From an uncultured delta proteobacterium (GTDB taxonomy: Bacteria > Desulfobacterota > RBG-13-43-22): a stretch of 64,000 nucleotides of DNA. The translations under genes were made by a program, and so were the position numbers. Below are positions 22,206 to 31,900 of this stretch, piece by piece. Positions within the stretch are counted from its first letter, which is position 1. Each line of letters opens with the position of its first letter. The notes below the pieces were generated by a model. That model saw nothing but the letters and a program-made list of their open reading frames with translations. It ran no database searches and was not told the origin of the DNA. The stretch lies in the NCBI GenBank assembly GCA_963802945.1, contig CAWDKY010000027.1, positions 32,001-96,000 of the forward strand, in the 5' to 3' direction.

Positions 22206-22228
22206 CATATACGAAAATAAGGAAATAC

Positions 22229-23464
22229 ATGTCCAGTTCTGTCGTCCCCATACAACCCGGTCGTCCGGAAGCAGAAAGGATTGAAGCCCTGGCTGATCAT
22301 TTGCAACGCCTGCACAAGGTCAATAGTTCCGACATCCGTGTCGTCAGAGCGCCGCTGCGTATTTGTCCGCTTGGCGCGCATATTGACCACCAGCTGGGTC
22401 AGGTAACCGGAACGACCATTGACCGGTCCATCTTGCTTGCCTTTGCGTCCAATGCCGACCGTACGGTCCATATCGTGAGCGAAAATTTTTCCCCGCCGGT
22501 CTTATTCCACCTGGATGATGTGCCGCAGGCCGCTCCCCGTGATTGGGGTAACTACATCAGAGGAGCAGTGCTCGGCCTGCAACAAAAAAATAATCTCAAG
22601 CGCGGATTAACAGCCGTGATCGGCAGCGATATGCCGATTGGAGGTCTAAGTTCTTCCGCCGCGGTAACGATCGCTTACTTGCTTGCTATGGAAGCGGTCA
22701 ACGATCTTGAATTGACGTCAAAGGAAAACATCAATCTGGTAAGGTTTACCGAAAATCAATATATCGGACTTAACAACGGTATCCTCGACCAGTCGGTCAT
22801 TCTTTTTAGTAAGCGCAATCACCTAATCTACATTGACTGCCAAAGCATTGAAGTCAAGCCGATGGTCGGGCCTTTGAAGGACGGCGATTTTGAGATTCTG
22901 GTTGTCTATTCCGGTCTGACAGGCGTTTTGGAAAGCACGGATTACAATAACCGGGTAGCCGAGTGTCGGGAAGCTGCGCGGAGGTTGCTGACCCTTTCAG
23001 GGCAAATTCCCGGGCCGGATACCTGCCTGCGCCAGGTTGATCCTGCCGTTTTCGCCGAAGAAGGCAGGCGCTTGCCGCCAAACCTTCAACGCCGCGCCGG
23101 GCACTATTTTGGGGAAATACAGCGTGTCAACGACGGCCTGGTGGCCTGGCAGCAGGGCGACCTGAACAGGTTGGGAGCCTTGATGACCGCCTCGGGTGAG
23201 AGCTCCATTAACAATTACGAGTGCGGCAGTCCGCAATTGATTACCTTGTATGAGATACTGCGGGAGACACCCGGCGTGTATGGAACCCGTTTCAGCGGCG
23301 CAGGTTTCCGGGGCTGCTGTCTGGCCCTGATTGACCCGAGCCTCCGCGAAACCGTGGCCGAGGCCGTTCACCGCCGCTACCCGGCCGAATATCCGGATCA
23401 GGCGGATGCTTATAACATTCACTTTTGCAGACCGGATGGGAGGGCTGAACTTTGCAAGGCGTAA
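22229..23464 (+). CDS. GHMP sugar kinase, galacturonokinase-like
   Basis: RICPLGAHIDHQ, GLSSSAA, GILDQ, NYECG, RFSGAGFRGCC. Confidence 0.88.
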   Translation: MSSSVVPIQPGRPEAERIEALADHLQRLHKVNSSDIRVVRAPLRICPLGAHIDHQLGQVTGTTIDRSILLAFASNADRTVHIVSENFSPPVLFHLDDVPQAAPRDWGNYIRGAVLGLQQKNNLKRGLTAVIGSDMPIGGLSSSAAVTIAYLLAMEAVNDLELTSKENINLVRFTENQYIGLNNGILDQSVILFSKRNHLIYIDCQSIEVKPMVGPLKDGDFEILVVYSGLTGVLESTDYNNRVAECREAARRLLTLSGQIPGPDTCLRQVDPAVFAEEGRRLPPNLQRRAGHYFGEIQRVNDGLVAWQQGDLNRLGALMTASGESSINNYECGSPQLITLYEILRETPGVYGTRFSGAGFRGCCLALIDPSLRETVAEAVHRRYPAEYPDQADAYNIHFCRPDGRAELCKA

Positions 23465-24402
23465 TTTTAGCCGCCGGGAAAGGGTCGCGGCTGAACCCGA
23501 TCACCTTAAAACGCAGCAAAGCGATGCTGCCGATTTTAGGCAAACCGATTATCGAGCGGGTGATGGAAACGCTCGTCAGGAACGGCATCCGCGAGTTTGT
23601 CATGGTCATCAGCAGTGAAGATGATGAAGTGGGACGTTATTTTCGGGAGCAATCAAAACTGGATGTCGACATCCAATTTGTCGTGCAGAGTGGGCGCAAG
23701 GGAATGGCTGATGCCTTAAGCCTGGCCGCCCCCCTTATCCAGGGAACATTTGTGCTGTCAGCCTGCGATAACCTGACCCCTGAAGAACATGTGGCCGGGC
23801 TCCTGGCGACTCACCGAACCATCGGCGCTAAGGCCACCCTCAGTTTAATGGAGATTGCCCCTTCGCTGGCCGGACGGACCGGTGTGGTAGAGTTGCGCAA
23901 CGGACAGATTACCAAAATTATCGAAAAACCGGCGGCCGGACAGGCGCCGTCCAACATAGCCAGTTTGCCGTTATATGTATTTTCACCGGTTCTGCTTGAT
24001 TATCTGCCCGAAATCAAGCCTTCTATACGTGGTGAGTATGAGTTGCAGGATGCCATCCAGATGCTCATCGAACGCGATGGAGGGGTCACCGGTGTTTTTA
24101 CCCCCAGCCGCCTTCAATTGACCAATGCTGACGATCTTCTGAAGATTAATCTTCATTACCTGACCACCAGGGGAGAAAAGCCACAGCTGGCCCCCCCGAG
24201 CGTTGGTCAGGACACCCAGATGATACCGCCCCTGCGCATAGAGGAGAACACGATCATTGGCCGGGGCTGCGTCATCGGCCCCCGTGTTTACATCGAGCGC
24301 AACTGTAGCATAGGCGTAGATGTACTCATTAAAGACGCCGTCATTTTGCGAAACACCGTCATTGAGGACGGCCGGCGGATTGTGGGAGAGGTCCTGGCTT
24401 AG
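23452..24402 (+). CDS. Sugar-1-phosphate nucleotidyltransferase with C-terminal beta-helix
   Basis: ILAAGKGSRL, KAMLPI, IIEKP, RGEYELQDA; overlaps the kinase stop. Confidence 0.92.
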   Translation: MQGVILAAGKGSRLNPITLKRSKAMLPILGKPIIERVMETLVRNGIREFVMVISSEDDEVGRYFREQSKLDVDIQFVVQSGRKGMADALSLAAPLIQGTFVLSACDNLTPEEHVAGLLATHRTIGAKATLSLMEIAPSLAGRTGVVELRNGQITKIIEKPAAGQAPSNIASLPLYVFSPVLLDYLPEIKPSIRGEYELQDAIQMLIERDGGVTGVFTPSRLQLTNADDLLKINLHYLTTRGEKPQLAPPSVGQDTQMIPPLRIEENTIIGRGCVIGPRVYIERNCSIGVDVLIKDAVILRNTVIEDGRRIVGEVLA

Positions 24403-24463
24403 TTGATCCCCTTGGATCCCGTTGGATCAGGTTCAACCCTGTTGGATCAGGTTGGATCCGGTT
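24403..24463. repeat. Cluster of short TTG(G)ATC repeats
   Basis: ttgatccccttggatcccgttggatcagg...gttggatcaggttggatccgg. Confidence 0.6.
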
Positions 24464-24794
24464 GCTGGTTCAGTATTTCCCAAGAAAAATGAGCCGAGCC
24501 AGGCATGACAAGGTCAAATGCAGGGCCTACGGTGTGATTGTATCTAAGGAGATGAATAAGAGGTTCGGAACCCTGTTGAAAACTCATGAACGTAACATCG
24601 AGGGAACGGTTATGGTATCCTACCCCGGTGGTTGCGCCTTTTGCCAGTTCAAGGTTTCCTGTATGGACTGAAATCCCATGGCCAAGGCGCAAAAGGGGTC
24701 ATGATATGCTATCTGCTTTTGGAAAATGACAAGAGCCTCGGAGGGCCAGCCTAAAAAAGTATGGTGTTTTCCGATTTCGCCCCATAAAGATGAC

Positions 24795-24823
24795 TTGACA
24801 AGAAAATATTTATTTGTTATCCT
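24795..24823 (+). promoter_or_regulatory. Sigma70 promoter for the leader and PheRS
   Basis: TTGACA-17 nt-TATCCT with TG extension. Confidence 0.75.
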
Positions 24824-24832
24824 ACAACCACG

Positions 24833-24898
24833 ATGATTTCATTACTTCCTCAAAATTACTTTTTTACCCTCTTCTTTTTCGCGCCGGCGGCGCGATAA
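24833..24898 (+). CDS. Phe-rich leader peptide MISLLPQNYFFTLFFFAPAAR (pheM-like)
   Basis: 5 Phe codons within 7 positions, directly upstream of a PheRS gene; followed by alternative GC stems. Confidence 0.85.
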   Translation: MISLLPQNYFFTLFFFAPAAR

Positions 24899-25024
24899 TA
24901 CCCCTCTAGCGCCAGTTGGCGCCCAAACAAAATCCAAAATAAGCAACCCCCTAAGACCTCAGAAACATCAGTGGATATTTAGGCCTTAGTCAAAATTTTT
25001 TCATTAGGCATCAAGGAGACAGCT

Positions 25025-26170
25025 ATGAAATATACTCGAAAAAACATGCAGGAGATATTGGATCATTTGGCGTCGCGAACGGACACAGACGCCAATAGAA
25101 TCAAACGGCTCATGCAAATGCCGGATCTTTCCGGACGTCCCAATACCCCTGTTTACCACATTGTTGAAGCCGTCAAGAAGGCTGAGTCTTTAGAAAACCA
25201 TGACCTGGTTGAATTTCCGGAAATCGTTTCAGTCGAAGAGAACTTCGATCTGCTGGGAACACCCCCGGAACATCCCAGCCGAAGACCAAGTGATACTTTC
25301 TATCTAGATGATCATAATCTATTGCGAACCCAGACCACAACCATGTGGTCTTTTTATCTGAAAGATCCTGCCAACCTGAGGAGACTGGAAAAAGACGGGA
25401 GATTGTTGTCCCTTTCCTATGGGAAGGTATACCGCAACGATGAGATCGACCGATATCATTACCCGGTCTGGCACAATCTGGATGGGTTGTGCATCAGTAA
25501 GACCTCTGAAAAGGAGTTCAACCTGGTTGACTTGGTCAGCGTTCTGGTTGATGTCACCAAGAGTATTTACGGACGGGAAATCAAATGGGGAATGGAATAT
25601 AGCTCCTTTCCTTTTACCGACCCAAGTATTGAAATACAGATCGAATGGCAAAATGAACGAGTGGCGGTCCTGGGCGCAGGTATTGTCCATAAAAAAGTGC
25701 TGTCGCTTTTAAATATCGATCCTGACCATTATAACGGCTGGGCCTTTGGATTGGGTCTGGATCGTCTGGCCATGATCAGAATGAATATTCCGGATATCCG
25801 TATTCTCTGGTCCGAAGATGACAGGATAACCAAACAATTCAATAGCATTGACAGCATTTTCAGGGAAGTAAGCCAGTATCCCTCGACGGACAGAGACATC
25901 TCCATGGTGGTGTCGAAAGAAGTTCCGGTGAAGGCGATCTACGGCCTTATTAGAGACTGCGGCCATTATCAGAACGAGGATATCATCGAGGAAGTAAAAC
26001 TCGTTGATACGTATGCGGATGATGAAAAATTCGGAAATGGAAATATAAGCCATACCTTTAGAATTCGATACCGTTCCTTGGCCAGGACCTTAGAAAATTC
26101 GGAAATAAATAATGTTCAGGAGCTTCTCAGGAATAAAGTTAAAACCGAGTTTAATGTGCTTCTTCGATAG
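25025..26170 (+). CDS. Single-chain phenylalanyl-tRNA synthetase (catalytic domain fused to FDX-ACB)
   Basis: NFDLL..HPSR..SDTFY, GKVYRNDEID, FPFTDPS, GWAFGLGLDRLAM, IPDIR, then YPSTDRDIS...FRIRYRSLARTL..EIN. Confidence 0.9.
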   Translation: MKYTRKNMQEILDHLASRTDTDANRIKRLMQMPDLSGRPNTPVYHIVEAVKKAESLENHDLVEFPEIVSVEENFDLLGTPPEHPSRRPSDTFYLDDHNLLRTQTTTMWSFYLKDPANLRRLEKDGRLLSLSYGKVYRNDEIDRYHYPVWHNLDGLCISKTSEKEFNLVDLVSVLVDVTKSIYGREIKWGMEYSSFPFTDPSIEIQIEWQNERVAVLGAGIVHKKVLSLLNIDPDHYNGWAFGLGLDRLAMIRMNIPDIRILWSEDDRITKQFNSIDSIFREVSQYPSTDRDISMVVSKEVPVKAIYGLIRDCGHYQNEDIIEEVKLVDTYADDEKFGNGNISHTFRIRYRSLARTLENSEINNVQELLRNKVKTEFNVLLR

Positions 26171-26251
26171 CGGAGTAAATGAGAGACCTGATTTTGATGG
26201 AATTCTAAAAATAGGGGAAGTGTATCTATTCCCCACGATTCAGAAAATAAC

Positions 26252-26280
26252 TTGACATGCTGACCATTTTCGTATAAAAT
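26252..26280 (+). promoter_or_regulatory. Sigma70 promoter
   Basis: TTGACA-17 nt-TAAAAT; ATG at 26288 follows after 7 nt. Confidence 0.65.
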
Positions 26281-26287
26281 GGCCGCC

Positions 26288-27496
26288 ATGATAACCAGAA
26301 ATCTGCAACAAGAAATTAAAGAATTAATGGCTCAAAAGCGATCTGTTTTCTTGTTTGGACCGAGGCAGACCGGCAAGACCACTCTCTTGACCGAAATCAG
26401 CTCCCTTTATCAAAAGGTCCTGGATTATTCTTTCTTAAATGTTTCCTTAAAATTAAAGGCCGAACAACAGCCCCAGTTTATCCGGCAGGAAGTTGAAGCC
26501 GCCAAGCCGGATCTGGTGATCATCGATGAAATACAGAAGGTCCCGGATATTCTTGATGAGATTCAATGGATGATCGATAAATCCAAGTTCGTTTTTGCCG
26601 TCACCGGATCATCCGCCAGAAAATTAAAAAGAAAAGGGGTCAATTTACTGGCCGGACGGGCCGTGACCTTTCATCTGGACCCGTTTGATATTTCCGAGAG
26701 AAAGCGAGCCATTCCGGATTTAAAAGGTAAGGATCATCTGGAAAAAATATTAACCTATGGGGATTTACCTGAAATCACCCTCCTGGTGACTCAGAAAAAG
26801 ATTAAGCTGGTGGAAAACCTGTTGCGTTCTTATGTAGAAACTTTCCTGGAAGAAGAAATCCGGATGGAAACCTTGGTCAGAAAAATAGGTCTTTTTGGGA
26901 ACTTCCTGCGAATGGCGGCTGAAATGTCCGGGAGGATACTCAGTTTCAGGGAACTTTCGCAGGACATCGGGGCCAGTCATCAGACCATTTCCTCTTTTTA
27001 CAGCATCCTAAACGACTGCTTGGTGGTCGAACCCATTCCCCCTCTGCTGTCGTCTTCCACCCGGCGAAGGCTATCGAAGGCCACTAAATTTATTTTTTTT
27101 GATTTGGGAGTTCGAAATGCCTCAGCGGGTCTACTGACGGATAAGGGTATTACGTCCGAAGAGTGGGGAAACCGCTTTGAACAGTGGGTTGGCCTTTCCC
27201 TGATTCGATATTTCCGGAGCCGAAATCTGAAAGGTGCAGTCTATTACTGGCGGGATCATAACGGTCCGGAAATCGATTGGATTGTAGAAACCCATAACCG
27301 CTGGATCCCGGTGGAAGTGAAGTGGACCGACCGCCTCCTGCCGAAACACTGGAAATATTTAAGTCAGTTTATCCGGGAAAATCCCGGAAAGGCTACTGTT
27401 GGCTACATTATATTTAACGGGGAACGGGCCAGACAAATAGACCGGAATATCATCGCCCTTCCCTGGTTTGAGTTGAATCAAATTTTCAAAGTCTAA
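26288..27496 (+). CDS. AAA_14 / DUF4143 ATPase
   Basis: GPRQTGKT, IDEIQ, TGSSA, FDLGVRN, FEQWV, EIDW..PVEVK. Confidence 0.92.
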   Translation: MITRNLQQEIKELMAQKRSVFLFGPRQTGKTTLLTEISSLYQKVLDYSFLNVSLKLKAEQQPQFIRQEVEAAKPDLVIIDEIQKVPDILDEIQWMIDKSKFVFAVTGSSARKLKRKGVNLLAGRAVTFHLDPFDISERKRAIPDLKGKDHLEKILTYGDLPEITLLVTQKKIKLVENLLRSYVETFLEEEIRMETLVRKIGLFGNFLRMAAEMSGRILSFRELSQDIGASHQTISSFYSILNDCLVVEPIPPLLSSSTRRRLSKATKFIFFDLGVRNASAGLLTDKGITSEEWGNRFEQWVGLSLIRYFRSRNLKGAVYYWRDHNGPEIDWIVETHNRWIPVEVKWTDRLLPKHWKYLSQFIRENPGKATVGYIIFNGERARQIDRNIIALPWFELNQIFKV

Positions 27497-27574
27497 TCCC
27501 CACACCCGGCCATCCGACCCCTTTTCTCTAAACTACTATATGTTGGCCTTTCCGCCCTTTGGTTCTCCCTCCTT

Positions 27575-27712
27575 ACTCCGAACTCTGAGCTCTGAACTGT
27601 CTTTATTCTGATTCTCTCAACTCCGAACTATCCTTTCCTGCCTCATCCCTCACCCCTCGTCTTTCTTGTTTTTTCTTTCCTCCGAACTCCGAACCCTGAA
27701 CGCTGAACGTCT
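27575..27712. repeat. Pyrimidine-rich tract with degenerate heptamer repeats
   Basis: ctccgaactctgagctctgaact; ctccgaactccgaaccctgaacgctgaacg. Confidence 0.55.
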
Positions 27713-27728
27713 TCGACTTTTGCTCAAC

Positions 27729-27847
27729 TGCACAGAAATTTGTGCAGCGGTGACCAAATAATTGTGCAAATGGACCTCCGGCACCATCACAGGGAAAACC
27801 TAATTAGAAGAAAATATTCATTAATTTATCCTGGCATAGATCCTGCT
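27729..27847 (+). promoter_or_regulatory. Sigma54 promoter with tandem enhancer sites
   Basis: TGCACAGAAATTTGTGCA (27729), TGACCAAATAATTGTGCA (27751), TGGCATAGATCCTGCT (27832). Confidence 0.7.
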
Positions 27848-28170
27848 ATATAATTTATTATTTTATATATTTTCAGATTAGGTGAGCAGGATCGATAACC
27901 TTAAATTTTGCAAAATCGGGTACTGCCAGGAATTCAAATCAATTTTATTATTGACATCTTAGCTTCCTTTTGGTTGAATTCTGTCACCTTTCGTATCAAA
28001 GTCCTTTCCATTGTAATTTGTGAAGTTAACATTTCCTTGCTTTTGAAGTAAGTATTCCGGCCAAATAGCCGGTTGAAGTGATAGCTGAACAGATAGTCCT
28101 TTTTTCAAGCAAATAAGTCTTAAATTTAAGTGGGGAAGTATCCCCTTATTTCAGATGGAGTTCTTAAATC

Positions 28171-28740
28171 ATGCAGGAAAATGTGATTAAAATTCCAAGG
28201 GAAAGGATTGAACAAATCATTTTATTGATTCGTGGCCAAAAGATTATCATAGATGCGGATTTGGCGACCCTTTATGATGTTGCAACAAAAGTGCTAAATC
28301 AAGCGGTTAAAAGAAATGCAAAGCGATTTCCGTCTGACTTTATGTTCCAATTGACTCCAAAAGAAAAAAACGAACTGGTCACAATTTGTGACCGGTTCCA
28401 AAAACTAAAACATTCTTCGGTCTTGCCGCGAGCATTCACAGAACAAGGTGTTGCAATGCTTTCTACTGTTCTTAACAGCGACCGGGCCATTGCGGTTAAC
28501 ATTGAGATTATGAGGGCTTTTGTCCGACTAAGGCAGATGCTATTAACCCATGCTGAATTGGCCAGAAAGCTTGAGGTTCTGGAACGAAAGTACGATGCCC
28601 ATTTTAAAATGGTATTTGAGGCCATCCGACAACTCATGATTCCGCCGAAGACCCCGAAACGCAAAATCGGCTTTGATCTGAAGGAGGAACAGGCTAGATA
28701 CGGGAAAAGGAAAGACAACAAGGTGGCGCCAAGAAATTAG
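28171..28740 (+). CDS. ORF6N domain DNA-binding protein
   Basis: [49 protein letters not shown]. Confidence 0.93.
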   Translation: MQENVIKIPRERIEQIILLIRGQKIIIDADLATLYDVATKVLNQAVKRNAKRFPSDFMFQLTPKEKNELVTICDRFQKLKHSSVLPRAFTEQGVAMLSTVLNSDRAIAVNIEIMRAFVRLRQMLLTHAELARKLEVLERKYDAHFKMVFEAIRQLMIPPKTPKRKIGFDLKEEQARYGKRKDNKVAPRN

Positions 28741-28886
28741 TATGGATGTCCCCGGATTTCTTTTGTGAAATTTTTATTTCAGGAGGTTAAAAACTTGAGG
28801 TTCCAAGTTGTCTCCTCAAGTTCATTCAATTGGGTCGGAACCTGCTTTGACGGGGTTGAGGATTTAGGTTAGGGATGGGAGTTAGG

Positions 28887-28924
28887 AAGTAGAATGCAAA
28901 GAAAATAGGCCTGACCCCCGGCCT
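28887..28924 (+). repeat. Junction repeat upstream of TIR-STAND (direct copy at 32691-32723)
   Basis: AAGTAGAATGCAAAGAAAATAGGCCTGACCCCCGGCCT versus AAGCAGAATGAAAAGAAAATA-----GACCCCCGGCCT. Confidence 0.75.
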
Positions 28925-28972
28925 GCTTATGGACTTATTGTTACGATAAAATAGGCCCTGGAGGATGACGCT

Positions 28973-31900
28973 ATGGAACAGAATATGAAAATAAAGCTTT
29001 TTATTTGCTATTCTCACCAAGATGAGGCTCCTTTTGTTGAGCAATTTAAAAAACATATTTCTCCACTAAAAGACAATGGTTTAGTTGAAGAGTGGTATGA
29101 TCGAAAAATCTTACCTGGTGAAGATTATCAAAATCAGATTGATAATAATTCAGAAGATGCAGATATTATTTGTTTATTTATTTCTGTAAATTTCCTTTTT
29201 TCAGTTAATTGTAAGAAAGAAAAAAAGAAAGCGTTAGAATTAAGAAAAAGGAAAGGAATTTCTGTTATTCCAATCATTTTGTCTCCATGTGGATGGTCAG
29301 ATGATAGGGATATTTCCAAATTGTTGGCCTTGCCCACAGACGGAAAACCGGTCATGAGTTTTCAAAATATGGATGAAGCATGGTATGATGTTTACAATGG
29401 ATTAAAAAAAATAATTAAGAAAGATACAAAGATTAAGCAAATAAAAATAAAAGAAGAATTTGAAAGTTTCTTGCAGGATACAGAAATGCTAACAAAAGCA
29501 CATCCTCAAAAAGAACTGGTTTTTTTAGGTGACATATTTATATATCCTGAGTTAGATAAATTTGATTATTTAAGAGAATACAAAGAAAAAATAAGCTCAG
29601 AAGAATTATTAAAAAACCTTCTTGATTATCCAAAGATTGTTATAGCTGGTGAGACTTTGTCGGGTAAAACGACATTGTGTAAAATGATATTTAAAAAGTT
29701 ACGGAAAATAAATTTTGTCCCTGTTTATGTTTTCGATAATAAAAATCAGTTTAAAGGAAAAATAAAAAATAAAATATTACGCTCATTCCAGGAACAATAT
29801 GAGGGGGTAGAAATAAAGGAAATTGATAGGGAGCGAATAGTTCCGATAATAGATGATTTTCATTTTGCTAAGGATAAAGAAAAGCATATACGAGATTTAT
29901 CCAACTATCTTTACTGTATAATAATTGTTGATGATATTTTTTGTTTGAATATTAAGGATGAAAAACTTATTGGACAATTTAATCCATTTAAAATAAGAGA
30001 ACTAAAACCGTCATTACGGTATGAATTAATTAAAAAATGGGAATTTTTAACAGATAAAAAAACTATTGATAATAATTTCTATGGGGAAATAGACAAAGCC
30101 GTCGAATTAATAGAGTCCACTTTGGGTAAAATCATTGGTAAGGGCGTTATGCCTTCATACCCTTTTTATATTTTATCTGCCATAGTTTCCTATGAGACAT
30201 TTAACACGCCACTTGATCAAGAAATTACATCCCAAGGTTACTGCTATCAGGCTCTTATATATTTTTATTTAAGGAAAGGGGGCGTAAGAAATGATGAGAT
30301 TGATATATACATAAATTTCTTTACAGAAATATCTTTTTACTTCTTTAGAGAAAAGAAAAATGAATTATTGCCCGACGACTTTACCTTATTTATGACGGAG
30401 TATTTAGAGAAATATAACCTTCCAATAAAACAGGAAATACTACTTCAATATTTAAGTCCAATAATTTTGGTAGATAGCTTTAATAATTATTCATTTCGAT
30501 ATAACTACCTTTATTATTTTTTCGTTGCTAAATATCTGGCCGAGCATATTGAGGATCGTGAAATAAAGAACATAATTGAAAAGATAATGCAGAATCTTCA
30601 CATAGATGAAAACGCCTATATTGCGATATTCATAACACATCACTCTAAAAATATCCAGATTTTAGATGAAATTGGACTAAATGCTTTAATTTTTTTCGAT
30701 AAATATAAACCTGCAACTTTGACAAAAGACGAGGTTAAGTTTTTTGATGAACGAGCAGATATTATTATCAAGGCGGCTTTACCTCCTGGCGATACAACAC
30801 CCGAAAAAGAAAGAATGGAAAGATTAAGAATTCAAGATGAGATGGAGCAATCACAAGGAAATGTTGAGAAAAAAGATGATAAAAATAAAAATGATTCTTT
30901 TGGAATAGAATTAAGGGGGGCAATCAGGACAGTTGAAGTTATGGGATATATTATTAAAAACCGAGCCGGGTCATTAGAAAAGACGAAACTTGAAGATATA
31001 TTTAAAGAAGCAATGAATGTTCATTTAAGAATTTTGTCCTCTTTCTTTAAAATTATAGAAAGTGAAGAAAACCAAAAAGGTATAGTTGATTTCATATTAG
31101 AAAGGTTAGATAAAATTATTAAGAAAAAAAAGGGGGAATTATAGTGAACGTCTTAAATAAGTGGACATAAAGATTTTATCTTTTGAGGTTTCCATCGTTG
31201 CGACCTTTTAAAGACAGAGACCTCCAGGGTTTCAAGAGTCTCAAAAAAGGCATTCGTTGTTTCCTCATAGCGCATGGTTCGCCAAAGAGTTTCTTGATAA
31301 TTCAGCTCCGGATGGTAGGGCGGAAGATAGTGAAGATGCACTCGACGGTGTTGACTCCGAAAGTGCTCCACCATCTCTCCCCTGTGCCATGGGGCTCGAT
31401 CTATCCAAAGATCGATACTCTTATCTTTGAAACGTATCATGATGCTTTTGAGAAGCCGCATAAAGCCCTCGGTATTGCCCTTCCTCCATTTCATCATGCC
31501 ATGCAGCCCATCAACGGGAGCGACCCATCCAAAGAGATTAAGCCGCTTCTGATGTTGGCTCCGGGTGGAGACGTACGGTTGCGTTCCTTTCTTTACCCAG
31601 ACACGACCCAGCCTCGGATGAAGACTAAACCCGCTTTCGTCCTCAAACAGAATGATTCTTCTTCCTTCGCTCTTTTCGGCCTGGCGGAGTTTTTTTTAAT
31701 TCCCTCTGAAATGCCTCTACCCCTTCCTGGGAAGCCTGAACAAACCGGTACATCGGCTGCCTCAGGGAATACCCCAACTGACGTATCCACCGTTGGGCAT
31801 GGCGGACATGGATGGTTATGCGATGAAAACGCTTCAAATATTCCGTCAAGACCACCCCATCCCACCGGACCCGGGCAATGCCATAGTCTTTCGGAGACTT

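Noticed and set aside
24447-24692. Short ORFs on both strands upstream of the PheRS promoter
   Set aside because: No RBS or recognisable motif; may be a remnant
24900-25020. T-box riboswitch upstream of PheRS
   Set aside because: No T-box consensus (TGGNACC) or terminator; the leader peptide explains the region better
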